From a virus, in IMG/VR virus record IMGVR_UViG_3300027301_000003, positions 1 through 64,000 of that record: DNA of 64,000 bases; one strand, written 5' to 3'. Below, one piece after another: positions 25,468 to 33,701 of this stretch. The translations under genes and the position numbers were made by a program. How positions within the stretch are numbered: the stretch's first letter is position 1; each line of letters opens with the position of its first letter. The notes beneath the pieces are model-generated. The model was not told where the DNA came from and did no database searches. It saw only the letters and a list, made by a program, of their open reading frames with translations.

Positions 25468-25826
25468 AAGGAAATAACATGCTTAATGATAAAGTTGTAG
25501 CTTTGCTTGCAGAAGCTGATAATAGTGTACTCACAGATTTCTTCAATTGTGAATTTCAAGTTAAACCTTGGGATTGGGACTCAGAAGAAATCATAGAATT
25601 TCGTAATGTACTTTTAAATGCAGGTATTGCTTTTGAAGAAGTAGATCGTTACGGCGGTGAAGATCAAGGTTCTGATTACTGGTCTGTGTATTCATTCAGT
25701 GATGGTATGCAAGTTGTATTCATTAAATTCCAAGGTTGGTACGCTTCATACGAAGGTTCCACCTATGAGGAATTTTTTGAGGTAACTCCTGTAGAGAAAA
25801 CCATCACTGTATTTGAAAAGAAATAA
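25464..25826 (+). CDS. conserved phage protein (GGEDQGSDYW...GWYASYEG family)
   Basis: ORF; probable ATG at 25479. Confidence 0.75.
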   Translation: MKGNNMLNDKVVALLAEADNSVLTDFFNCEFQVKPWDWDSEEIIEFRNVLLNAGIAFEEVDRYGGEDQGSDYWSVYSFSDGMQVVFIKFQGWYASYEGSTYEEFFEVTPVEKTITVFEKK

Positions 25827-25829
25827 AGC

Positions 25830-25872
25830 ATCATAAATGATATCTAATGTTATCTTAGGTATTGTTTATGAT
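25830..25872 (+). promoter_or_regulatory. 18-bp RNA hairpin before tRNA, processing-site-like
   Basis: ATCATAAATGATATCTAA / TTAGGTATTGTTTATGAT with G.U pairs on the plus strand. Confidence 0.5.
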
Positions 25873-25878
25873 ACATAA

Positions 25879-25953
25879 GGGTCAGTAGCTTAAAGGTGAA
25901 GCCCTCGACTCATAATCGAGATAGTGCTGGTTCAAGTCCAGTCTGACCCACCA
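25879..25953 (+). tRNA. tRNA with CAT anticodon, probably tRNA-Ile2 (lysidine) rather than Met
   Basis: Acceptor GGGTCAG/CTGACCC plus ACCA; CGA-CTCATAA-TCG anticodon arm and GCTGGTTCAAGTCCAG T-arm resemble E. coli ileX. Confidence 0.85.
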
Positions 25954-25956
25954 AAT

Positions 25957-26047
25957 GGACATGATGTGTCAATTACCTGATGCTGGTATGAAACTTCCTA
26001 ATAGCATAGGAGGGAGAAGCGGGTTAGATTCCCGTTGTTGTCCACCA
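25957..26047 (+). ncRNA. atypical tRNA-like RNA with T-arm and CCA end
   Basis: GGACA/TGTCC-ACCA; GCGGG-TTAGATT-CCCGT; no canonical D/anticodon arm. Confidence 0.6.
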
Positions 26048-26067
26048 AAAATAACGTCAATAAACTA

Positions 26068-26096
26068 TTGACAAAGCATTTGCAGTTTGCTATAAT
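26068..26096 (+). promoter_or_regulatory. consensus sigma70 promoter
   Basis: TTGACA-17-TATAAT with TG extension. Confidence 0.9.
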
Positions 26097-26158
26097 TGCA
26101 CTTCGGTCACTATCTCCGTTATGATAGAGTCTTTTATTAATAGTCGAAAGGAAATATT

Positions 26159-26803
26159 ATGCAAAAACTAACAGGTATGCTTCTCTATGTTCAACTAAAT
26201 AAGCCAGCAAAAGCTTATGTCAAGGCAGGAGAGCCAGTGAAACCAGATGAATGGAAAGCTTCAGTAGCTATTACAGATGAAGATGTAGTAGATGAGTACG
26301 AAGAGTTTGCCAAAGGTATTGATGCCAAAACATCCATCAAGAAAGTAAAGACCACTGAATTTGAAGGTATCTACAAAGTAGCACCTCCAGAAGATGCAGG
26401 TAAGAACATTTGGGTGGTAACTCTACGCAAGTCAACTCAGCTAGGTAAAACTGGCAAAGAAGTACCTGATTTGTACAAGCCAAAAGTCTTTGAGAAAGTC
26501 GGTAAAGCACTAGTTGATGTTACCAACAGCAAACTACCTGCGAATGGTTCTTACGGTTCAATCAGTATTGACAAGTTTGAGCGCACCAATGGTACAGCAT
26601 CATTGTATCTAAAGAACGTACTAGTCACTTCAATGATTGAATACGTTGCTGAATCAGGTCCAGAATATGAACCCGGAAGCGAATTCGATGATGAGCCTAA
26701 AGCAGAAGCTGCACCAGCACCAAAAGCTAAAGCAGAAGTTAAACCCAAAGCTCGTGCTAAGGTTGAAGTTGCTGTTGAAGACGAAGATGAAATCCCGTTC
26801 TGA
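26159..26803 (+). CDS. single-stranded DNA-binding protein, T7 gp2.5-like
   Basis: ANGSYG motif; acidic tail ending DEIPF; replication context. Confidence 0.7.
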   Translation: MQKLTGMLLYVQLNKPAKAYVKAGEPVKPDEWKASVAITDEDVVDEYEEFAKGIDAKTSIKKVKTTEFEGIYKVAPPEDAGKNIWVVTLRKSTQLGKTGKEVPDLYKPKVFEKVGKALVDVTNSKLPANGSYGSISIDKFERTNGTASLYLKNVLVTSMIEYVAESGPEYEPGSEFDDEPKAEAAPAPKAKAEVKPKARAKVEVAVEDEDEIPF

Positions 26804-26816
26804 TTGAAAGGTTGAT

Positions 26817-27026
26817 ATGACAAAACAAACTAGGGATATTATGACAATTGTAGCGTTACTTACTTTTGCCGTGTTACTGATCATCTTTGGACCTCTTGCT
26901 ATCATTTGGTCGTTGAACACCTTGTTCCCGATCTTAGCAATTCCATTTGGTTTCTATCAGTGGGCAGCAGTAGTTCTATTGAACTTGACGATTTTCAGCA
27001 AAGCAGTTTTTACTCGAAAGGATTAA
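26817..27026 (+). CDS. small membrane protein
   Basis: Hydrophobic; WSLNTLFP motif. Confidence 0.65.
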   Translation: MTKQTRDIMTIVALLTFAVLLIIFGPLAIIWSLNTLFPILAIPFGFYQWAAVVLLNLTIFSKAVFTRKD

Positions 27027-27027
27027 T

Positions 27028-27246
27028 ATGAATCAGAAAGAAGCAATCGCAAAACTAGTTCGTATTTATACTGAAGAGCAATCACTAGCTGAAGAAGCTA
27101 AGGAAATCAAGGATGAAGCTAAAGAATCAGGTCTTGATCCAGCAATTGTTAGTGCAGTAGCAAAAGCAATCGTTAAAAATAAGGTTGATGAACTGAAAGC
27201 TAAATCAGATGAAATTCTGAAAGCTATCGACATTAGCCGAAGCTAA
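27028..27246 (+). CDS. small dsDNA-binding protein (T4 DsbA/GapR-like)
   Basis: E.KEIKDEAKESGLDP pattern. Confidence 0.55.
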   Translation: MNQKEAIAKLVRIYTEEQSLAEEAKEIKDEAKESGLDPAIVSAVAKAIVKNKVDELKAKSDEILKAIDISRS

Positions 27247-27252
27247 TATTTT

Positions 27253-27281
27253 ACCCCGAGGCTAATACCCTTGGGGTTTTT
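27253..27281 (+). terminator. intrinsic terminator
   Basis: ACCCCGAGG..CCTTGGGGT plus T-tract. Confidence 0.8.
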
Positions 27282-27295
27282 CGTTAAGGAGGATT

Positions 27296-28279
27296 ATGAG
27301 TAAAAGACTCTTAATTGTAGATGGTGATTTAGTAGCGTACAAACATGCCGCTGCTGCTGAAACTCGATCAGTTATTGCAAAGCATTTAAAGTCAGGTAGA
27401 GAAAAAGAGTTCGGTACAAGAACAGAATTCAAGAAGTTTTTAGCTGATAAAGAGATTGAGTTTAAACCCGAAGCTTATGAAATCACAGATCATCAACATC
27501 CTATGGATATTTCAATTGCTATAGGTACTGCAAATAAAAGTATCAGTGCTTTACTTGAAAATACTTGGTGTGATGAACTTGAGATTTATATTGGTGGTGG
27601 TCAAACATTTAGGCATAAACTACCTTTACCTTCACCGTACAAAGACAATAGGGACCAGTTGATTAAACCAGTGCATTTGACAGCAATTAGAAATCATCTA
27701 AGACGCAAGTACAAAGCAAAGGTTATTGAGAATGGTATGGAAGTGGATGATGTGGTTACAATACGTGCCTATGAATGCCTTCAAAACGGTCAGGAAGCGG
27801 TGTTAGCAAGCGTAGATAAGGATAGCTATCAGTGTCAAGGAATCCATCTATTTAACTGGACTGATGACAATCCTAAGATTCACCTGATACCAACGATTGG
27901 ACATTTACGTAAAGTAAAAACTACAGTCAAAGGTGATGGTTTAATCTTCTTAGCACTGCAGGTATTATCCGGTGACTTAGCTGATACATATAAACCTTAT
28001 GAATTATCCAAAGTAAGTTATGGTCCAATTAAAGCAATGAAAGCTTTAGAAGGTTGCACAACTGAACAGGAGATTTTACGAAAGGTTATTTCGGAGTTTA
28101 AACGCCTGTATCCTGAACCTTTTGATTACACTGATTGTCATGGTGTATTTCATGAAGAAGCTGATTGGTTTGATATGCTGCAGATGTACTGGACTTGTGC
28201 CTACATGAAACGCAGTTGGGATGACGTTAGCAGCTTTATGCAGTTCGCAATGGAAAGAGGGGTTAATCCTTATGAATGA
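27296..28279 (+). CDS. 5'-3' exonuclease (T7 gp6/FEN-like)
   Basis: IVDGD, YKDNR, EVDD, SVDKD, GD.AD. Confidence 0.85.
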   Translation: MSKRLLIVDGDLVAYKHAAAAETRSVIAKHLKSGREKEFGTRTEFKKFLADKEIEFKPEAYEITDHQHPMDISIAIGTANKSISALLENTWCDELEIYIGGGQTFRHKLPLPSPYKDNRDQLIKPVHLTAIRNHLRRKYKAKVIENGMEVDDVVTIRAYECLQNGQEAVLASVDKDSYQCQGIHLFNWTDDNPKIHLIPTIGHLRKVKTTVKGDGLIFLALQVLSGDLADTYKPYELSKVSYGPIKAMKALEGCTTEQEILRKVISEFKRLYPEPFDYTDCHGVFHEEADWFDMLQMYWTCAYMKRSWDDVSSFMQFAMERGVNPYE

Positions 28280-28466
28280 AGAAAGTTTAGTTTATCGTTT
28301 GAGAAAACGCTCTGAGATTCGCAGAAGTATTCAGAATAGAAAGTCAGTACAAGAGGGTAAACCTGATCGTATTGCGGATTTACTTGAAGAAGCTGCCGAT
28401 GAAATTGATAGGCTGGAATCATTAGCTGATCGCTTGTATAAAAGATTGGATACAAATGACGATTGA
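28272..28466 (+). CDS. conserved small phage protein (LVYRLRKR.EIRR.I..RKSV)
   Basis: ORF track 28221..28466; likely start MNEESL. Confidence 0.65.
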   Translation: MNEESLVYRLRKRSEIRRSIQNRKSVQEGKPDRIADLLEEAADEIDRLESLADRLYKRLDTNDD

Positions 28467-28896
28467 CGAAAAAGAATACCAAAAATTATACAGGGAAAAG
28501 CATAAACTGAAAGCAAAAGAATATGCTAAACAGTACTATCTTAAAAATAAAGACACAATGCTTAAATCGAATCTTGAAAGAAAACATTCAAATCCTGAAA
28601 GAATTTTATGGCAAAGTGCAAAAGACAGATCAGTTAAATTCAACTTACCATTTGATATAGAAGTATCGGATGTGGTTATACCAAGTCATTGTAAAATACT
28701 TGGCATTCCTTTATTTAAAGGTATTGGTAAACCAACAGCGAATTCACCTAGCTTAGACAGGATTGATCCAAAACTTGGCTATACAAAGACTAATATTCAA
28801 ATAATAAGTTTTAAAGCAAATACAATAAAGTCAAATGCTTCTAAAGAAGAATTAATTGTGTTTTCATATTGGATTTTGGAGAATTATCTTGACTGA
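28456..28896 (+). CDS. putative HNH-type homing endonuclease
   Basis: P.HC.ILG, SPSLDRIDP..GY...NI..IS..AN..K. Confidence 0.75.
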   Translation: MTIDEKEYQKLYREKHKLKAKEYAKQYYLKNKDTMLKSNLERKHSNPERILWQSAKDRSVKFNLPFDIEVSDVVIPSHCKILGIPLFKGIGKPTANSPSLDRIDPKLGYTKTNIQIISFKANTIKSNASKEELIVFSYWILENYLD

Positions 28897-29401
28897 AGAT
28901 TTATACAATGCATCAGATAAGAAAAGAGTTAGGGAACTACTCACAGCGGAGCAGTCCAATCTTTGTGCAATAACCGGACTACCAATTGAACCAAAACAAC
29001 ATATTCTAGAGCATTCACATGATGATCAGATGTTTATAAGAGGTGTCACTAGTAGACAAGCCAACAGTGCTCTTGGTGTAATTGAAAAAATGTGGACCAG
29101 ATATATGAAGTGGTGGTATAATGGCACTCTTAGTAATTTTTTACGACAATGTGCTGACTATCTTGAAAAAGAACATGATTCTCGCTGGCGACATGATATG
29201 TGGATACGCAAAGTTAACACCGAATTTAATAAGCTAAAGGAAGCACAAAAAGATAAAGTACTGTTATCTTTAGGTCAAACAGCAGGTAAGAATGCTACTG
29301 AACGCAAGAAGTTATTTCAGAAAATGCTATTGACACGAACTCACAGTTATGATACAATCCGCAACATCATCAATAATACAAAGGAATATTATGAAGATTA
29401 A
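28889..29401 (+). CDS. recombination endonuclease VII-like nuclease
   Basis: EQ..LCAIT, LEHSH, IRG....ANSALG; TTG start with GGAG RBS. Confidence 0.75.
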   Translation: MTEDLYNASDKKRVRELLTAEQSNLCAITGLPIEPKQHILEHSHDDQMFIRGVTSRQANSALGVIEKMWTRYMKWWYNGTLSNFLRQCADYLEKEHDSRWRHDMWIRKVNTEFNKLKEAQKDKVLLSLGQTAGKNATERKKLFQKMLLTRTHSYDTIRNIINNTKEYYED

Positions 29402-29576
29402 AATCATCAAATGCACCAATCGTTCTCTTTGGTACAATAAACACATAGGTGAAGAGTTTGAAGTAAGATTTGTCGATGATAAGTCCTACTGGACAAGAGA
29501 ACGAGATGGAGTATTCAATGCTCTGAATTGGATATACAAACATGATGCAACTGTAACGGAAGGAAACTTAGAATGA
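29391..29576 (+). CDS. hypothetical protein (MKIKIIKC...WY...IGEEF)
   Basis: ORF track 29349..29576; AAGGA RBS before the ATG at 29391. Confidence 0.6.
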   Translation: MKIKIIKCTNRSLWYNKHIGEEFEVRFVDDKSYWTRERDGVFNALNWIYKHDATVTEGNLE

Positions 29577-29785
29577 TGCGAGTTGAGCATACTATCAAAA
29601 TAGTTTTATCCGAAAATAATGAAGTTGTACTAACAAAAGATCAAGCTGAAGAATTATATACAGCATTAACAAATGCTTTAAATAAAACTTCAAGTTTGTA
29701 TTATCAACCAAACCATCGTGGTAACAATAACATGTTATTAGCAGGTGGACCAATCGTAGCACAAGGAGCACAAGGAGCAACATGA
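29573..29785 (+). CDS. hypothetical protein, 70 aa
   Basis: Coupled ORF. Confidence 0.55.
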   Translation: MMRVEHTIKIVLSENNEVVLTKDQAEELYTALTNALNKTSSLYYQPNHRGNNNMLLAGGPIVAQGAQGAT

Positions 29786-30741
29786 AGCATTCAGATACAA
29801 TCGTAGAGCAAGTCGTAAGAATGACAGGTGCTGGAATGAGTAGTCGATACGTTGCAGAGCAGCTAGGTATCAGTAAGACCAGTGTTAACGATATTTGGAA
29901 TCGTTGGATTGCTAATCCTAAGCCTTTCTATAATGCAGAAGAAGTAGCATTTAAGCAAAAAGAAGGACCAAAGATTTTAGTATTTGATACTGAAACTGCA
30001 GCAGCTACTGCGCTTACATTTGGTCGATTCAAAGTTAATCTATCACAAGACAATATCTTAGATAATGGTGGTTGGTTACTATGTGCTTGCTGGCGCTGGT
30101 TAGGTAGCAATACTACAGAAAGTATTCACCTTACACCTGAAGAAGTACTAGAAAAAGATGACTCCAGAATTGTAGCAAAGCTGTTTGAATTGTATGAAGA
30201 AGCTGATGCGGTGTTAGCTCATAACTCACAAGGCTTTGATCATAAGGTTGTACAAACACGAGCAGTCTACAATGGCTTTCCTCCGCTACCACAAGTTAAA
30301 GTACTAGATACTCTACAACTGGTAAAGAAGTACTTAAAGCTACCTAGTAATCGCTTGGATGCAATTGGTGAATTCTTCGGTCTAGGTCGCAAGATCAGCA
30401 CTGGTGGTATTTCACTATGGCGTAAAGTTCAAGAAGGTGATGAAGAAGCGATGGAACAGATGGTAGAATACTGCCTACAAGACGTTGATTTGTTGTATGA
30501 TGTTTATCTGCGTACTCGTCAACTAGGTCGTGCAGGTTCTGATTTCAATGCAGCTTTGTACTTTGATGATGATCTTATGCGTTGTCGTGTATGCGGTAGT
30601 TCAGACGTTGAAGTTACAGGTCGTACAATCGAAACATCTTTGAATGTCTTTGATGAAGTTCGCTGTAATGAATGCGGTGCTGTACATCGTCATCGTGAAT
30701 CAAAAACATCAAAACAAAAGCGAAAGAACTTGTTGATGTAA
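29782..30741 (+). CDS. DEDD/RNase H-like 3'-5' exonuclease with N-terminal HTH and C-terminal Zn ribbon
   Basis: FDTET, HNSQGFD, YCLQDV; CxxC..CxxC. Confidence 0.85.
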   Translation: MKHSDTIVEQVVRMTGAGMSSRYVAEQLGISKTSVNDIWNRWIANPKPFYNAEEVAFKQKEGPKILVFDTETAAATALTFGRFKVNLSQDNILDNGGWLLCACWRWLGSNTTESIHLTPEEVLEKDDSRIVAKLFELYEEADAVLAHNSQGFDHKVVQTRAVYNGFPPLPQVKVLDTLQLVKKYLKLPSNRLDAIGEFFGLGRKISTGGISLWRKVQEGDEEAMEQMVEYCLQDVDLLYDVYLRTRQLGRAGSDFNAALYFDDDLMRCRVCGSSDVEVTGRTIETSLNVFDEVRCNECGAVHRHRESKTSKQKRKNLLM

Positions 30742-30797
30742 CGAAACTGTGCTATACTAGCAATACAACACTTCGTTGATTACAATTTGAGTTCACA

Positions 30798-30823
30798 CCC
30801 CGGTTAACAGCCGGGGATTTTTT
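30798..30823 (+). terminator. intrinsic terminator
   Basis: CCCCGGT..GCCGGGG plus T6. Confidence 0.75.
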
Positions 30824-30841
30824 GTCACTAAAAGGAGAAAC

Positions 30842-31345
30842 ATGATTTACGATTACAACATTTCGGATTTTCAAGATGATTGCTATGCTTTCAATAGCGT
30901 TGCAGGTAAAGATAGTCTTTGTACTTTAAAAGATATTGAGTTTCAGTACAACTTAATCTTAGAGGAAACTAAAGAGATTAAAGAAAAAGGTATTGATCAT
31001 AACAATGCCAAAGAAGTAGTTGATGGTGTAGTAGATGTAATGGTTACTGCACTTGGATTGATGCAAAAGCTAGAGTATCTTGGTGTAGACATGAACAAAG
31101 CTATGCGAGATACGGCGTACAATAACTTAACAAAGTATCCTTCTGATGAGTACATTGCTATTCAAACTGCACAAAAGTACGAGCAAGAAGGTAAGCAAGT
31201 TACTGTTGACTACAAAGCTGAATATGAATTGTTTGTGATCAAAGATTTGAAAGATAAGGTAATGAAACCTATTGGTTTTGAGAGCAATGATCTGAGCAAT
31301 TGCATCCCTGAAGATTTACTACTGAATGGTTTTAAGGAGGACTGA
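30842..31345 (+). CDS. MazG-like NTP pyrophosphohydrolase
   Basis: LILEETKE..EVVDGVVD..NNLTK..KVMKP. Confidence 0.8.
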   Translation: MIYDYNISDFQDDCYAFNSVAGKDSLCTLKDIEFQYNLILEETKEIKEKGIDHNNAKEVVDGVVDVMVTALGLMQKLEYLGVDMNKAMRDTAYNNLTKYPSDEYIAIQTAQKYEQEGKQVTVDYKAEYELFVIKDLKDKVMKPIGFESNDLSNCIPEDLLLNGFKED

Positions 31346-31347
31346 AC

Positions 31348-31914
31348 ATGAGTTTCAATAATATTACAGTTATTGGTAAAGAATATACACCTGTATTGGA
31401 TATAGATGGTACACAAGGTTGTTATTCATGTGCATTTCGTAATGACAGCAGAGGTTGCAGGGAGGCAAATTTGATTATGAACTGTTCAGATACTGATGCA
31501 TTTTTTGTACCAGCTTCTGCTGTGGACTTACGATCAGCTACTCAACAAATGCAAGATTGGCAACCTACGAATACTGTTACAGTTACCGAAAACCAACCAG
31601 CAGGTACTAAGTATGATCAAGATAAGTTGCAATACAGCTTAATTCCAGCGTATGCTTTAGAACAAATTGCTAAGAATCTTACAGTTGGTCTAAAGAAGTA
31701 CAAAGAGCGTAATAACTGGAAGAAAGTACAGGATGCAGAACAGCGTTATCTAGATGCTCTTTATAGGCATTTAGAGGCACATAGGAGAGGCGAAGTATAT
31801 GACCCTGATAGTAGCGTACCAGATATGCCACATCTCGCTGCTGTAGCCGTTAATGCAATGTTCTTGCTTGAATTCATGCTTGACCCACAACTTAAACAAA
31901 AGGATAACAAATGA
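31348..31914 (+). CDS. dATP/dGTP diphosphohydrolase-domain protein (DUF5664-like) with N-terminal Cys-rich region
   Basis: GTKYDQDK, G.KKY..RNNW, ALYRHL, DPDS..PHLA. Confidence 0.8.
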   Translation: MSFNNITVIGKEYTPVLDIDGTQGCYSCAFRNDSRGCREANLIMNCSDTDAFFVPASAVDLRSATQQMQDWQPTNTVTVTENQPAGTKYDQDKLQYSLIPAYALEQIAKNLTVGLKKYKERNNWKKVQDAEQRYLDALYRHLEAHRRGEVYDPDSSVPDMPHLAAVAVNAMFLLEFMLDPQLKQKDNK

Positions 31915-32046
31915 TCGTATTGCAAGTAATTAGTGCGTTAGTTCTAATATTTATTATCGCTATCATGTACGCAGTTGCTATTAAATTAGTAAATGAACAT
32001 CGTGAACTGCAAAATAAAAAGGATGATATTGACGATCAAGATAACC

Positions 32047-32075
32047 TTGATTTAACCAATAAGCAGTGATATAAT
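32047..32075 (+). promoter_or_regulatory. sigma70 promoter for the RNR operon
   Basis: TTGATT-17-TATAAT. Confidence 0.7.
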
Positions 32076-32107
32076 AGGACTCTCGTTTATTCTGAAAGGT
32101 AGTAACA

Positions 32108-32518
32108 ATGAATAAAAAACCAACACGCCCAAATGCAATTGTAGCTTTATGTATTATTTCTGAATCGGAGATTATAAAAGTAATGCCAAATTACTCCAGT
32201 GCATTTGAGGACAAGGATGAAGAATTTAAGAACTTTCTTTATTCTTTAGGAATGAATGTAGATAGACCATACCAAAGGCAAGATGCACTACAGCACAGGA
32301 ATCGTTTTAACGAAATTGTTGTATGCAGTCGATGGGTTGGTGAGGAACGATTAGATGAAGCTTGGATTAAAAGTGGTTACGCAAGTAGACCAGCAATTGA
32401 TAAAGCTAGTGGAAGTAAATTAACAGAAGATATTTATCGTGCTCGATATGAAACTGAAGATGCTCAAGCATTGTTGGAATCCAGAGATAAATATGCTACA
32501 ACAACAGAGGAAGACTAA
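32108..32518 (+). CDS. hypothetical protein, 136 aa
   Basis: ORF track. Confidence 0.7.
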   Translation: MNKKPTRPNAIVALCIISESEIIKVMPNYSSAFEDKDEEFKNFLYSLGMNVDRPYQRQDALQHRNRFNEIVVCSRWVGEERLDEAWIKSGYASRPAIDKASGSKLTEDIYRARYETEDAQALLESRDKYATTTEED

Positions 32519-33514
32519 ATGCTAGAAAAATACTTGTTACCTATCAATGAACGACAGGAACCAGTTGAGTTTGCAGATCAGCAATTGAAAGTATTCTGGT
32601 TACCGGATGAAATCAAAGTAGAGAAAGATATTCAAGATGTATTGGTGAACTTCACACCTGCAGAAAAACATGCAGTGATCACTACATTGAAACTATTCAG
32701 TATCTACGAAACACACGCTGGTTCAGAGTATTGGGGTGGACGGTTTAAGAATATGTTTAATGGTGCAGAGTTTCATAGAATGGCTTCGGTCTTCTCTATG
32801 TTTGAACTAGCTGTTCATGCACCGTTTTACAATAAGATCAATCAGCTATTGCACATTGATACACCTGAATTTTATACATCGTATCTAAATGATCCTGTAT
32901 TAAATCAAAGAGTAGAGCACATTGGTGAAATCATTGATCATCCTGATGACTTAATTTCACTAGCAGCTTTTTCAATGGTGGAGGGTGTAATCTTGTATTC
33001 ATCCTTTGCATTCCTAAAGCACTATCAGTCTCAAGGTAAGAATAAGCTAATGAACATTGTGCGTGGGATTAACTTCTCAGTGCGTGATGAAAATATGCAC
33101 TCTACTGGTGGAGCTTGGGCTTTCAAGTACAAGTTAGAGCAGTTAAAACAAAAGTTGTCACCTGAAGCATTTGAGTTACATAAACTAGCAATTGAAGCAC
33201 AAGTTCGACTAGTAGCACAAAAGCTTTATGAGCACGAATGCCAGATTATTGCTAAGTTATTTGAGCAAGGTGAGATCAAAGGTATTACTGCACATCAGCT
33301 TGAGAACTTTGTACAATCTAGGGTTAATGAATGCTTGAAGCAATTGGGGTTTGCAAAAGAGTACGATGTGAAGTACAATCCTATTTCGGAATGGTTCTAC
33401 AAGGGTATCAACGATTACACCTTCAATGACTTCTTCAGTGGTATGGGTAATCAGTATCATCGCAGTTGGGATAGTGCAGATTTTGTATGGAAAAAGGAGA
33501 ATGTAAATGAGTAA
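32519..33514 (+). CDS. nrdB: ribonucleotide reductase class I beta subunit
   Basis: FWLPDE, E..VH..FY, EGV.LYSSF, RDENMH. Confidence 0.95.
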   Translation: MLEKYLLPINERQEPVEFADQQLKVFWLPDEIKVEKDIQDVLVNFTPAEKHAVITTLKLFSIYETHAGSEYWGGRFKNMFNGAEFHRMASVFSMFELAVHAPFYNKINQLLHIDTPEFYTSYLNDPVLNQRVEHIGEIIDHPDDLISLAAFSMVEGVILYSSFAFLKHYQSQGKNKLMNIVRGINFSVRDENMHSTGGAWAFKYKLEQLKQKLSPEAFELHKLAIEAQVRLVAQKLYEHECQIIAKLFEQGEIKGITAHQLENFVQSRVNECLKQLGFAKEYDVKYNPISEWFYKGINDYTFNDFFSGMGNQYHRSWDSADFVWKKENVNE

Positions 33515-33701
33515 AGTTGTAAATAAAAATTGCATAGAATTACGCAAATCTACTAGTGGTAATTGGGTTCAAATGATTATCAATCATCGCATTGTTTTTC
33601 AAGGTCCACGTATACCTGACTTCATTTGGTTAGATGTATTGGCAGACACAAACTTTGATGTTTCAGAAACCCAATATGATCCCGAAGAGGAATTTGAATG
33701 A
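33507..33701 (+). CDS. hypothetical protein, 64 aa, between nrdB and nrdA
   Basis: AAGGAG RBS; overlaps both neighbours. Confidence 0.6.
   Translation: MSKVVNKNCIELRKSTSGNWVQMIINHRIVFQGPRIPDFIWLDVLADTNFDVSETQYDPEEEFE

Noticed and set aside
25977-25995. Hammerhead ribozyme core (CTGATG..GAAAC)
   Set aside because: CUGANGA is broken (CTGATGC) and there is no stem II; the CTGATGG at 23948 fails likewise.
31348-31914. 2-aminoadenine (Z) genome pathway
   Set aside because: No PurZ or other base-modification genes in the window; the domain alone is not diagnostic.
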